Assembly (NCBI GenBank): GCA_977030845.1
Contig: OZ365115.1
Coordinates: 8,556,001-8,620,000, forward strand
Length of the DNA stretch: 64,000 nucleotides
Origin: Fimbriosthenelais zetlandica
Lineage: Eukaryota
Direction of reading: 5' to 3'
Made by a program: the position numbers and the translations under genes. Of this stretch, positions 1 to 14,000 are shown one piece after another. How positions within the stretch are numbered: position 1 is the first letter of the stretch; every line of letters starts with the position of its first letter. The notes beneath the pieces are model-generated. The model was not told where the DNA came from, did no database searches, and saw only the letters and a program-made list of their open reading frames with translations.

Positions 1-317
1 AAATTCTACTGGTTACACCTTTACCTGGTACATACTTGTTACATTCCAGTCATTTCAGAGAAGTCATTGCGCATATATCTATATTAAGTAAAATCTGCAA
101 GGACTATAGAAAAAAACCAATATCTTCCGCGAGAATGCCAGGTTTGTCCCAGAAGGTCAAACAGTGGACAGCAAGCTCCTGTCGAGACAATTGTATCCTG
201 TCCGGAAGGCAGTGTGGCAGTGACAAATAAAGTACAGGTGTAGCTAGGTTCATTTAATCGCAGGTAGGAAGGGATCTGGGATGAAGTAATAGAAAAACAG
301 ACCCTTGAGGCGATTTT

Positions 318-515
318 AATGAATGAATGGTTGGATGGATGAATGAATGAATGAAAGGATGGACAAATGAACGATCGCATGAATGAATGAATGAATGAAT
401 GAATGAATGAATGAATGAATGAGGGGTGAGTGAGTGTAGGGCTGAACGAGTGAATAAAAGATGAAGGGAGGAAGGAAGAAGGATGAATGGATAGATGTAT
501 GAATGAATGGATGGA
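318..515. repeat. (GAAT)n/(GGAT)n microsatellite
   Basis: Perfect TGAA run of about 11 copies at 379-422 with degenerate GAAT/GGAT flanks; it generates the HSFI-repeat ORFs in the track. Confidence 0.95.
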
Positions 516-882
516 TATAACATAATATAGGATACACAGGATATAAGAAAGATTACAAGGGTATAAATGAATGGAAATGCCCGCCATCACATTCTGCTAT
601 GAATACATTATAATTAATTTATATGGATTATAGAAATTTAATGCCTCCATACAGCCCTGGATAGATTATTTACAAGATCATGTCATCAGTATCCCGGTAA
701 GAAATAAAGGAATGTTTCTGTCCAAAGCTTGTGTCACCCTCTAACCTCTCCCTGCTGCCATGGATCCTCAAGTCAAGTTCCTTCCTAAATATAGACAAGC
801 TTGGTTCGGGTTCATGGGATCATTTTTGACAGGGCATTCTGATGGCTGAAGCATGTTGTAAATATACTTACCGTACTTATGA

Positions 883-1012
883 NNNNNNNNNNNNNNNNNN
901 NNNNNNNNNNNNNNNNNNNNNNNNNNNNNNNNNNNNNNNNNNNNNNNNNNNNNNNNNNNNNNNNNNNNNNNNNNNNNNNNNNNNNNNNNNNNNNNNNNNN
1001 NNNNNNNNNNNN
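883..1012. other. Assembly gap (130 N)
   Basis: Run of N bases. Confidence 1.
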
Positions 1013-4000
1013 AAAACGTAATTTGAACAATGTGACTCAGGGGGTTGCAACAGGCAAAGACAATAAGAAGAACAATGAGAAGAAGATTCTCCTTCTTCGT
1101 CTTCTGATGTTAATCTCCCCAAGACATTTGGAATAGCGTTGCAACTTCCAGTCTTTGTATAATCTTTTTTTTCAATATATCAAAGCACGCCGGTCTATAT
1201 TTAGTATCAGTTTACATTGATTTAGGTTTCGTTTACATTAAGCTAGTATACAGTCGGCCTGAAATAGTACCAACCGAAAAGTTTTTCTGCTTGAACTCAA
1301 ATTTGACATGTGTTCCTGACGTTCCCTGAGAGTTCTCATGGAGACAAGTTCCCAGGACCACTGGGTCGCTGCCTGGACTTACGAGATTGAACTTTCCAAC
1401 CCACTCTGTTTAAACTGCCCCTGATAAATATTATGGCAGCTATTCGCAGAGAAATTCCCGGATTTCAAGTAGGGGGCATGTTGCTGCCAAATTTCTTTTC
1501 TTCCCTTTTTTGATCTCTAAGACAACCCCAAACCCAGGCCCTGGATCCGGCAATGACTATACAAAAAGAGGCCTAACACGATTCTAGCCTGAATCGTCTT
1601 CCCATAATTTCAGAATTATATAATCAGGTAATTATATGCTACTTTAGCAGATAGACCTGTCCTTGTCTACTAGACACTAGACAATGGTAAGTCTATGGAC
1701 TGATAGCGCAACTTTCTCATGAAACGTGCACCAGAGGACCTGTTCTGCTGATCGCATATATGGGGATGTATGCTATATAAGGACAATGTATGTAATACCC
1801 TCAGATATTAATATTATGCAAAAATCAAATGTTATGCAAAGATCAACTTGTTTTCAATTTACTATTACTCAATATACCTGCAGGAAGTTATCCATGTGTT
1901 ATGCAGCATAACGACGTAATTCCCAGCAGTGTCATGAGCTCAACAGATTCTAAGTATTTCTCTGTGTTCTATTTAGAGCATGCAGTGACCTGAATCAAAT
2001 CATTGATGACCTTAACTCCTCGTCCTTTCATATAAATTTGTCTCCACACAATAGCCATGACCCAAGATATGGACTCCCGAGTCACTTGCCAAGATTTATT
2101 ACATCATTTGTTTGCTTGTTTTTCAAAACAGCTTCATGCATTCAGGTTGCGTTTGAGGTTTATGAACTTGTCAATCTGGGCAGTGAGTAGGTTGTAATAT
2201 CTCATTCTTATTGGGAATGTTAATCCATATTATAAAAGATCTGCTCCTCGAAATAGCGCATGGAGAAGCTAATTATTTTATTTTTATGTCAAAGAAATAT
2301 ATAAAATGGTATATATACCATACATGGCCACTTAGCTACCTATATGTATCCAGAAGATATCCTGAACCCTCTGAACCAGTACATCAAATTTTCCCAGAAA
2401 CTGTCAATTAAAGATGGCCTCATCCTTGCAGAGCTTTACCTTAGTGATACTTCCAAGAAGGTTCGGATGTTATCAGTGTACTATAATACGCCAACCACCT
2501 CCACCCCAACCTCAAACATTTGAACCCCATGGCTTTGGGGCCCGGTTAGGAACAAAGATGTACTAAATTAGCCAATGTAGTAAGTTTGCCGACTTATGCA
2601 GCACACCTCTCTTTCAATCTAGCCCCAGGTGACCCAGCATGTTTTCCAAATGATGCTGTAGAATATTAGCCAGGCTTCATGGGATAATTTATATAAGAAT
2701 TCATAGAATATGAGGAACTATGATTCATGATTACAATTTCCAAGAAGAATAAAATAAAACAAAAGAATGGAGCCTTTTAAACAAACCATGAAAAATAAGC
2801 TATGAATTACAAAAAGTGATCTATAATTTATCCGACCTTGTCACTCTTCTATATACTTTTACTATGCTATCCATTCAACCTTGCTCTAGTGCATATAAGT
2901 CATTATATATTTATGGGTATTCTTGCAAGCCCATTTTTTAACCGATCTCCCAAAGGGAATGTCCAACAACTGGCACTTTCATTTTGGTTCATGAATTACG
3001 CCGATTCCCTTTCGTTCACTTTTTAAATGTTTTACCCCGAATCACAATCCAAACATGTAAATTTAAAATATATATTGTTTGTTGGAAGCATCCTTGAAGG
3101 GAAAGCACCTGTTTGAACGTGAATCTGTTGATCAAACGTAATTTGCGTTATATAAACATCCTATATACGATCTGGCTGTATCAGAGGAGGATACAATGAA
3201 TGCAATACTTACACAATTGTACATGAGGACACATATCTTGGAAGGCAACAGTCAAATATTTCCCTGGAAACCTGACTCGTCTACTTATCACTTACTTAGT
3301 CTTGCTTAAATTATAGCATTGCTTAAAGTATAGTGTTAGTCAGTGATTTCCCTGTCCTGACAAAAGTTACTACCAATAGTTCTGGGATTCTAAATAGATC
3401 TAATTACGCCCTTTAAAGGCGGAAGTGGATGTTCCTGGTTGGGTTCTGACATATATCAGGGGTCAGTCTCAAAACAAAAATGTCCTATATTGCCAATGCT
3501 ATATGTTTACATAGGCTACTATATATATATAACAGGTAGCGCAGTCTTAGTATTGGGTAAAAGTAAAACATTTCTGCTATAGAAAGGCTCATGAAAAGAT
3601 ATTGGAAATTCTGTGGGGCGGGGGTATCCACCATTGTGGCGCACAAAAAACTATTCGAGCTACAAAAGGGGAAGTCCTGACCCAATGGAACCAACCCCCG
3701 CCCCCCAGTCTCCACTCCCTTTGGATCCGCCCCTGCAACCTCGACTCTTTAGTGATACAATATACCGAGCTTATCTTGGCTTAGCTTCCACACTTTTCCT
3801 GTCAGACAGGGGAGTCTCTGTACGCGGAAATAGCTAGTCAGTTGAATGATTCATACACGTACCTGTTACAAGCATCTCAAGTATGAATCAATCAGAGATT
3901 GGAGTGATGGGAAAGGCATGGTCTATAATAGACAAAAAGCCAGCTTTTTTATCCGGAACAGAGGCGGAGTCTTTTCCTTCTTTGGTGAAACACTCTTCCT

Positions 4001-4954
4001 GTAAATTTACTCATAACTCATAGGGTCTCTATAAGGTGACCTGATGAAGGGTTGTCATGAGAGGATCTATGGAAATCGCACTAGTGTGAATGTGAAATGA
4101 AAGGACCACACTCGATGCTACAAGTCTTGTGTGGTCTGACTACTGTGTACTCCATTGCTACTAGTATAGCACATCTTTACTCCCTTGAACATGTCACATT
4201 TCTCGGAAGAATATCATGGATGAAAAGAAACAAAATTATTTATCACGCGATCAAACCATTAGTGAATTATAGATAATAAGTGCTGAATCATGTTAGGCTT
4301 ATGTACCTGGGGATTGTTTCATAAATCTAGAAATCTACGAACCAGTGGTAGGTCTATGGGCTTCTGTGGTGTATCTTTTTCGTGACAAAGTCGTGACCCA
4401 GAGAAGGGTATAAGTATGTGAGAGTACAGGGTGTTCTGGAGAGGATCCACAGACAGTGAATCACTAAAGACTTGGTGTGTAGGCAGCGATTCCTGCACCA
4501 TCCTTTTCTCACCCTCTTCACCGCATCCCCCACATATACAGCCTGCAGCATTAAAGTGGTGAGATAAGGGAACCTTGTTCCGAGAAAAGCTTTTAAGTTA
4601 TCATGTTGATAGTGAGATGTAACGGAGGGTAAGCATTCCCTCTAGTGCGAAAGCTGCAGGACATGCGACCAGTTTGTCACGAGGGAGTGAAAGAGAAATC
4701 ATTGCGGATCATACCCATAAATATATTTATTATAGATATTGTAGCATCTACAAAGATATATTGAGTAATGATATACATTTAGTTTCATAAAAATATGAAA
4801 TGTAGACCAGGGGGTCAGGATCAACATCCTTCCCATTCACTTTCCCTTTTGTCGTCAAATAATAAGGTTCTTATAGCCATCTGATATCTCAGTCTATAGA
4901 TAGAAATCAATTCCGAAAATGTGATGATTTCCCCTAGAATAAGAAATCCATGGA

Positions 4955-5140
4955 GGCTGCCATGTTTTGTACAAGATGATTTATTGGCCAATTAAAATGA
5001 ACGGTATATTTCCTGTCATTTCCATGAGAGGCCGCCATATTGTGTAGCAGCGATTGGTGACCTCTGATTGGTCAGACTTGATCAGCAGCACAGACAATGT
5101 CACTTCCTGGCGCGATTTTTGAAAAACATGGCGCGGGCAT
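4955..5140. promoter_or_regulatory. CpG-containing, probably bidirectional housekeeping-type promoter
   Basis: YY1-like motifs GCCATGTTTT (4959-4968), GCCGCCATATT (5031-5041) and AAAAACATGGCG (5122-5133) in both orientations; ATTGG (CCAAT) boxes at ~4983, 5053 and 5067; ETS-type CACTTCCTGG at 5101; local CpG enrichment in AT-rich DNA. Confidence 0.6.
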
Positions 5141-8100
5141 CAGATTAAAATACGGGCACCAAATATTAACAGTACAAGGGTTTCTCTCAAATTGGTTATG
5201 AACCAAGCCCATTAATTATTATGATCAAATCACTAAACAATCGTTCTTGTGCTTTTATCTATCAGAATAGCATGGTTTAAATGTACGTTTTGCTGAATGA
5301 GCAATACATGTATGCCTCAGCTATAAATCACGAAATGTATATGAATAGATTTTCTGTGGTATAGTTTGGCAATAGACGCTGGTTGTAGCATCCTTCCGGT
5401 TGGTTTACCTGTGACAGACATGGATGTAAGTCTAGATTATTGACATTTTGTCAGATCCCCGGCTTGCATTCACTGCAGATAAACCCCTTTTTATTTGAGA
5501 AAGCCTTCTCGATTTCACAAATAAGAACTCCTGCCTGAGCGGGCCCCCGGCTGCGAGCTCTGCATGTGGATTCATTATGGACCTAGCGTCGCATAATGAA
5601 AATTGGGGAAAAAGCTGTGGATTATGACAACAAAGCCTTGCGTACCTTTGTAACCTGCCAGTACTTGGTGACCCTCGTGTCGACACCCAGGGCATGGGAG
5701 GCAGGTCTCTGTACTTGGCAATGTGGAGGAAAGGCCAGAATTTTTGCTTTGGAGATGGCAATACTGCATTTTAAGCACTCGTGAGAAGAAGCAATGTCAA
5801 CTGCAATTAACCATTTAAGACAATAACTTGTTGGGCATATAGTTGACATTAGGAACGTCGTTTAGAGTGGGCCATCTAAAAGGGCATCTAAAAGGGCCTG
5901 TTTCATAATATTCTATATTACCTTATGATGACTTTGGTAACAACATTTTGAAAGGACGCGGTCGCCCATGCTGAGATAGGCCTATGTATTTGGTTGCCAT
6001 GGTAGCCGTTTGAATTGCAAAATTTGGGATTTCTGGGGTATCAGAAACCAAATTTGTCACCATTGCACTAAAAATCGTCATTTTTGCCATAATTATATAA
6101 CTAAAAAAAAGAAAGATACGCTAGCCTACATGTAGCCTACTGCACCTTCCTTCAGCCAAAGGTCTATGATCGACAGGTCCATATGTTATAATTCATAATT
6201 TTATAGATGGGGATTTGATACAGAATGACTGATCCCGTAAAACATATTGCGTGCATGGCCACCAAGCTGACGACGACGTGTATCCAAAAAATGCGCTGAT
6301 GCGAGAATGGAATGACGTGACATTAAGACGAGACGAGTGACTGATGTCATTACATAGTCGTATAGTTACCCATGGTCTTTGGCGCAATAAAGCAATGTGA
6401 ACATTCCCTTATATTGACTGACAACTGCGAGGTACTTCAACCAGTAAATAGACATGGGATGTCTCCATGGGAAAAAAAGCCACCAACCAGGGGCCTGTTT
6501 CACAAGGGAAATATGCTGCGTCTTTACTAGTGGTTAACATGGAGCATCTGTCATATGAGACGGCCCCAGATAAGCAAGGATGGCATTTCCTTGGCCAGAG
6601 AGCAATAAGCAATTCAGGCGAAGTGTCATGTTGTGCAACAAATAAGTTCTCCATCCAGGGTCTTATATGACAATGTCCACTCAAAAAGTGAGCAACATGA
6701 GTAGATATATATTTTTGTATGGGTAGAAATATAGAAGTCAAGGATAAATTCTTCTTAATTGTCACCATATATAGAGATAGACTGTAGCAATACATATTCT
6801 ACATGCAAATAAAATTGAATTAGGCCTGGAGGCACTAAAGATGGAAATATACGCGGGGGACCTTTTCAAAAGGATTTCAAGATGTACGGCTGTATGGACC
6901 CCAATGGTCCTCTGGGGTCGGTCTCACACGAAATATGTGTTAGTCTATATGAGGCAATGATAAATCTATATTTAAAAAAATCTGAAACAGGCCCTGCAGT
7001 GCTATTGGGTTGTACATTGCTTATTTCCCTCATATATATCTGACGATGAAAACCAACCAATCATCTATTCTATTCAGCTGCTCAGTATTTCATTTTGATT
7101 TTGAGGCTAATTTTTTGTTAACCCTTTGCATATTAGCTAATTTAATAGCTAGTGGTTTACGGTACGAAATAATAGAAATTCATACAGTGATCCTCTGCTT
7201 TCTAGCACCTGCATGGAGCATTTTATCACCGTTGGAGTGTATAGGGCGACTCAAACAGAGCGGGTCGTTATATTGTACTTGGATGGGGTGAAATAAGTCC
7301 AAGCAAACCTATATTTTATACGCAGTACAAAGTGTCCCCGAAAGATTAGGAATCTAAATCTATAGTAGAATTGAGGCAGTGAGGAGAAAGCTGTATATAT
7401 AGAGAGGGGAATGCATCTTTTGCTTCCTCAAGGCTAACACAAATAATATGGTCAATTGTGGCTGGGGGAGAATTGAAAAAAAAATATTCACACAACTTTT
7501 CTTGGATGGGGGTTTTAGGGTGAGAAATTGGAATGGAAATTATATATATTTCCTGAAATTCCCGGGACACGCCAGACAGGAAAGCAAGCGGTTTTAGTTT
7601 GATTATGCAGCAGGCTTGTCTGCTTACCTGATGCATTGTGTGTGTATGATTTCCAAATGCTCGTATTTTATGTGTTGTTGATATAGGTTTGGAGTACTAG
7701 TTCCTTGTCCCCAAGCGACCTCTTCGACTGAATCCTTCCAGTGTTTGGAGATCCAAAGCCAAGATTTGGCGAAGACATTGTGAAAGGAGATAATGCCAGC
7801 TTGACGATATGTGCATACTAAGTTCCTCCCTTTTGCATGCATGCATCCTATGATTGATAATCATTTGGTAATTTGTGGACATTATTCCGTGCAGCAACAG
7901 GACTGTTAAACACCTGGGGTCTGTTACATAAACTACATAGTGTTCAGTGGTCAGTCCATGGGTCAATGCAGTGTACATTTCTTCTATTGAAGGTTCAACA
8001 CACAATGGATACAATCTCCATGTCCACCCACATACATATTAATAGAATTAAATTGTAGAAAGTCTAGAAATACTATAATAGACAGCATTAATTATAAAGT

Positions 8101-8834
8101 TCCATTTCCATGCATTCATTCAAGCCGATGCATGTACAGCATTTAAAATGAGGAAGATAACCTGTTAAATGGTGAAGTACAAACTAGAGAAGTCGGTCCT
8201 TCTTCTTCCTCTTGACTTATCACTTTGTCATGGTCAATATGCATGAAATGGAAGAAAGGGACCTTCCCTCAGTCGGCGGCACCGGAAGCATACAGGTATT
8301 ATTAACAGTGATCCCTTATTCAGATTGTTTGAACATATGAATTATGTTGCCTGGCCTGCATATCAATCAAGCTCCGAGTGGTGCCCTCGGAGGCCGATCA
8401 TACCTGCAACGACTACAAAGGGATTTACACAATCTGCTGGCGCTCTGAGGACCCCTCGGTGGATCAACACTGGGTTTTTATCAATTGCTGAATGGGGAAA
8501 TGGGAGAGTTAGGGACCATCCATAATTGTCGTTTGAGAAGGGATAAAGTTTAAGTGTGTGGGGGGATGCTTGAGTGCAAGGTGGTTCAGTTTGAGCTGAT
8601 TTATGGGTATGTTCTGCAATACATTATAGGACAGTTATATTTAGTGATATAATGACATCACAATTGACATAAATATTAGAGACAAATATGTTTATAACAT
8701 GTGTAATATTATACATGGCTATTGACTATAAACATGCATATAGCTTGTCCAGGCAATCGAAAGGAGGCAGTGTTCTTCAATGATTATTTTATCTTTTTCT
8801 TTTATGTTGTTCATATTTTATCTTTTTCTTTCAG

Positions 8835-11082
8835 GTATAATGTTTACAGACGGGGAGGTATGGAGAGAACATCGCCGATTCACCCTGTCCTGTTTAAGGG
8901 ACTTTGGAATGGGGAAAATCTGTCTCGAATCCAAAATTAACGAGGAAGCTCGGTTACTAATAGCAGAACTAGGCAGGATACGCAACCCAGTGGACTTAGG
9001 ACAACACATACCCAAAACAGTGTCCAATATCATATGTTCTATCATCTACGGCAGTCGTTTTGAGTATGACGATGACTATTTCAAAGCAGCATTGGCAGCT
9101 CTTGATCAGAGCAATCGGAATCAAACTTTAATAGGAATGATTCAGTTTCTTCCTTTCCTGGAATTCCTGCCAAAGATCCTGCCTAAGGATGCCATGCTGA
9201 TGAAGAACGTGAGAATGCGTGAGGACTATGCCGAAAGGCAATTGAAAGAGCACGCTGAGAGTTTCGACCCTCATAACCCACGAGATTTTATTGATGCCTA
9301 CCTCACTCGGATGACTACATTACGAAGGAGAAGAGAGCCTACAACCTTTGATGGTATGTATCCTTACAAAATGGCCATTATTATTAAAATATTCATAAGG
9401 AAACTTGACACCACTCAAATCATTTTTTACTAAGTAATTTTATTTCGCGAAACATTTCAACGACAGAGTATTCGAATGTGCTACAAATGTGTTACAAAAG
9501 AGTCTGTGGACTGTTTCAGATTAAAATGCACTACATTCATTAAGTTAGGGACATTATCATTCCCTATTTGAGTGTAAATTGCAATGCCCTGAATACATAC
9601 AGGGCCCCTTCACAATAAAAGGACCAAAATGACTCACTCGTAAACTATAATTAAAGTACATTATTTGTTGTAGAATGCCAATTAAAAAGAACGATCCAGG
9701 ACCTGTTTATTGCTGGGTCAGAGACAGTGAGCACGACATTACGATGGGCTTTCCTCTTCATGGCAATACATGAGGACATCCAACATAAAGTGTATACAGA
9801 AATAGAGGCCATGGTGGGCCAGGGACGCCAACCAACTATCAAAGACAAACCGGTGAGCAATGCATAGCAGATTGTCTCAGGGGTGCAAATATATTCAATT
9901 TATTCATAATATAATCCACTAAAAAGAATGTCCCAATACAAATCACATGAAAGGTTCCACCCTTGTTCTTTAGCAGTTCAATTCCATAATATATAACATT
10001 AATTGTTTCAGTTCATGCCATACACGACAGCCACTATTATGGAGTGTCAGAGGATGGGTAACATAGCATTATTTTCCGTTCCTCGATGTACGACTGAGGA
10101 CACAACTGTAAATGGCTACCACATTCCAAAGGGCACATGGGTGTTTGTCAACAGATGGGGTCTTCATGCATCTCCAAGGTAAAATAAATCTTTACGATTA
10201 TACCCGGATTCAACTGAGGTTCCAAACAATAAATTCAGGCTGAAGGTCAATGAGTGTTCGCAACATGCAGGAAATTCACTCCATTGGAGTAAACACGGAT
10301 TTCTCACTATAAGGCCTAGCCTACAGCTATTGTCTTTAGCAGTTAATTGTCTCCTAAGCAGGAATTTATGTGCTGTCCTGATGGATGACTGGATGGTTCA
10401 CTAGACCTACTTGAAATATAGCTTAATTATATTTTTGCTGTTTTTTTTAGATACTGGTTGAATCCAGAGAAGTTTGATCCCACCCGTTTCTTAGACCTCT
10501 CTACAGGCGAGGTAATCAACCCAGAAGCATTTCAACCCTTCAGTTTAGGTGAATATCTATTATGTCTGATCACATGGCTACTTCCGGTGTTGGTATTGGT
10601 CCTATACATACAAAAACTTCTTATCCTTTTAAGAAAGGGATAACTTGGGTGAAGTTTCCTAGTGGTAGTACAGCAATTAATAGGCGGAAAAGGCTGCTGG
10701 GGAGGGCAGATGTAATGAGTTAATATAGGGCCTCTATGGTAGCGGAATATAGGTTGTCTACAACTCCCTTGCGTTCAGTGACTAATGAGCCACTAGCGGC
10801 AAGTGGGGGAACTAGAATCGCTATCTGTAATTGCCTCTATTACTCTATTAGCTGAAGTCGATTTTGAATGATATAATATTACGATCCTTTCATTTCGACC
10901 CAGGTCCCCGGAGTTGTCTTGGTGAAGTCCTCGCCAAAATGGAGCTCTTCCTCTTTTTCACGTCAATACTTCAGGTTTTTCGGATCTCCATACCAGAGGG
11001 CGCTCCGTTTCCATCACTAGAGCCTCGTGTTGGACTCAATATGTCACCCAAACCATATGCCCTTCAACTCTCACTACGATGA
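8835..11082 (+). CDS. Cytochrome P450, CYP2 clan (CYP2-like); five 3' exons, N-terminal exon(s) not located
   Basis: GT-AG exons 8835-9353, 9674-9852, 10012-10178, 10451-10548 and 10904-11082 join in frame (phases 1,1,0,2,1), about 380 aa. Motifs: C-helix WREHRRF, I-helix FIAGSETVSTTL, K-helix ECQR, meander FDPTRF, heme FSLGPRSCLG, C-terminal SPKPY. Confidence 0.93.
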
Positions 11083-14000
11083 GTGATGGATATTAAATGT
11101 TATCTCTGTGACATATCTAATTTAAAATTATTCTGCTCTTTGTGTAGATATATAATTTGACTGGTTCGAATTTGAACCAGCAAGTGAGGATAGCAAAAAG
11201 TATTGTAGCTATAGCTCCTGACATGACGAAACATTCGCAGCCCATTGGGGAGTCTCTTACACTTCTAAAAAAAAGAGGAAAAGAACTCCCAAACATGATA
11301 TATAGTATTTTACCCACGATGGCAAGCAGAGACAGTGTCTCATCCATACCTCGACAGTGCTCAGAGATGCATGGTCAGGAATATTTTAAGAGCACAAAAA
11401 TGGCCAGGAGTAATTTTGAATTTTAGTGCATGCTAGGCCTATGACATTGTGTCAAATGACCGTTTGAGCTACAGTTACGGAGGAAAATTATACATATACG
11501 ATTTTGAGCAATGCTCATCTGAGAAAAATTGTTCATGTTACGACTATACGACGTTTGCATTAATGTACATTTAATACATGTATATTGATTTTATTTGTCT
11601 TTCTGGGATCATGTTAAATTTCAGTTATGTAGATATTTAACCTATATATATATGTGTATCTTCACGTTCTTTGTGTTATATTGTTGAGGTAATGATGCTC
11701 ATTTAATGTAAACGCCTTTGAATTATTGCTATTTTGTTGTCAGTCAGGAAAGCTTCTTGTTGATTTTTATTAGAATTTGGTTTTTGAAGGCTAGTGGTCC
11801 TAGCCGACTAAGTTATTACCTTTGTCACTTATCCCAAACAGGAATCTTATATTAGAGATTTTTTATACTGTTTTACCAAAACGCATTAAGCTTTATTTTG
11901 AGTAGTTCACTCCAAAATAATGGAACAGTATACAGTTTAGGCTTCCTGTACATCCCTTAGTTATTGACCTTGAAGTATCCCATAATCAACTAGTCTGATT
12001 ATCAAATACTAATGGGCTGCAAGGATCGGGAGTCCATTTAAAAGCAAATTTCTTACACGAGCCCATGATAAGTTCATGGCCTAATGTATAGCACATCTAT
12101 ATTGAAGCTGCCTCCTGCATCCCAAATCTCAGATATTGAATATCGTTTGATGCCTCTCTTAGTTAAGCAAATTTTCCCACATCAACTTCACATCATCTTG
12201 GTGTAAATGGAACCCATGACATTTTACCTCATCCGTGTTATAGTATTTATGAGTATATTATGTGGTTATAAATAATATATTTTGTTTGATGTATAATTAT
12301 GTAAACTTTATCGACCAATATATAGATTTTCCAAAAGTTATGCGCCAATTTTGGAGGTCATATATATGGAAATGGGGTCTTATATATAGCCTAATATTAT
12401 TACCAAATATACTTGACATTAAGATAATATATACCTTTTTTGACTAAGGTCAATGCCAATATTTGAGGGTTATTTTGGCTGCTATGTGTGATGTAATTTT
12501 AGGCAATATCGTGGGACACATATTTCAGGTCTGGTTACTGAATAATGTCGTCATTCGATACATAAAAAAATATTTTAGATCGGATGTTACAAAGGTTGGA
12601 TACATTCCTTATAAACATTTAATTATTGTCAGAAACATAGTCAGATTCCATATATATACTCGTTTGTCATTACGTGTTAATTTTGAGCGAATGTTTTTTA
12701 CTTTGATTTTTTTATTGTTGAAAGTTTGAAAGAATTTGTTTTAGTTCGAGCCATATCAATTAGCTTGTGTGATGTGTTTATAAAGCGGAATTATGTTTTC
12801 ATTGTCATGTTGTATATTTGAATATTGATTGAATGTTAAGACATGAACTGTTACAAGTTTAAAATATTATCTACACGTTCAGTGAGTTATCTGTCAGCAA
12901 CTGCAAAACTTCTAATCTCTTACGTCATGACGGGGCTTGTGTCAGTAAAAATGTACGATACATGAATTAGCCCACAGTATTTTCACCATTTCCTAATGTA
13001 GAACATCTTTGTTATGAAAAAGTTCCCTGTATAATTATTGTCGTTTTCCCCTTACAAATCAGTACCATGTTGGTGGATCATTGCAGTGAAATAATATTTG
13101 CATTAATTTAATTCAGGGACAACTTCATTGACATACGTAAATATAATGTGCAATGTTAAACTATTTAATCTTTTACAATGTACTTAAGTTGACGTTTGTG
13201 CACTTTATGAATCAATTATTATTACCTTTGTCGAAGTAATCCAGATAGAAACTTTTAGGGGGGCAAATGGCGGCCATGATGACGGTTTTCTGGGGGTTTT
13301 TTTGCATGTCTATCTCCCCCGCACCCCCTACCTCCTCCCCCACCCCAATCTTTCCCCCAATCCATGTGTGTTAGCCATCAACTGATGGTGAACCATTTGC
13401 TCACTCAGGAAGACAGAAAGGTGGATGGTTGGAAGTGAGGAATAGCCTCAATTCCATAAATTCCTCTTGACTATTTTTACACATTTTACACTATTTGTTC
13501 GAATTAATCTCTAAGAAATTGGCATTTTGAAGTACGGTAATTAGAAATGAGATCTTGGTGGATTCGCAATCTTAAAGCTCTTAGCAGATGAGAAGCAGAG
13601 CGCTACTAAACTTCCAGCCACAAAAAAGTGGAGAAAATTCAATGAATGGGAACCATGTAACCAACTCTTGTGGGCATCTTGTGTGAGAGCTATACCCCCC
13701 GGGAAGGACGTGTGGCAACATGGAATGTGTTGACCTTAGATAAAGCACCGGTTTCCAATATCAAAGACCCTGGTTCAATTGCATAAAGGGGGGCCAAGCT
13801 TTTTCCTTACAGAAGTTGGAAGAAAGGAATTTCATTCATGAAGAATCCGACTCCAGCGTGGAGAGTTTTTACATCATTGAATCTCTTACCTACAGAGAAG
13901 ACCTCCTATGTGTTATGTGTCAAGGCATGCAGAAACAATTTACAAAATGTCCTTTTATGTCTTTCTGATGTGTTATGAGTGGTAAAAATAGTAACTTGCA

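Noticed and set aside
84-590. ORFs of 168, 89 and 73 aa with HSFI repeats
   Set aside because: Translations of the (GAAT)n microsatellite.
812-1136. ORFs spanning the N gap
   Set aside because: Length is inflated by undetermined bases.
3600-3740. GGATCCGCCCCTG with G/C runs, and similar patches near 13260, 21700 and 24280
   Set aside because: Probably MITE ends, but no matching partner end or target-site duplication could be defined.
1259-4551. Possible minus-strand exons left of the 5-kb promoter (e.g. 1383-1520, 4330-4545)
   Set aside because: Some have good splice sites, but I could not join them into an open, recognisable protein.
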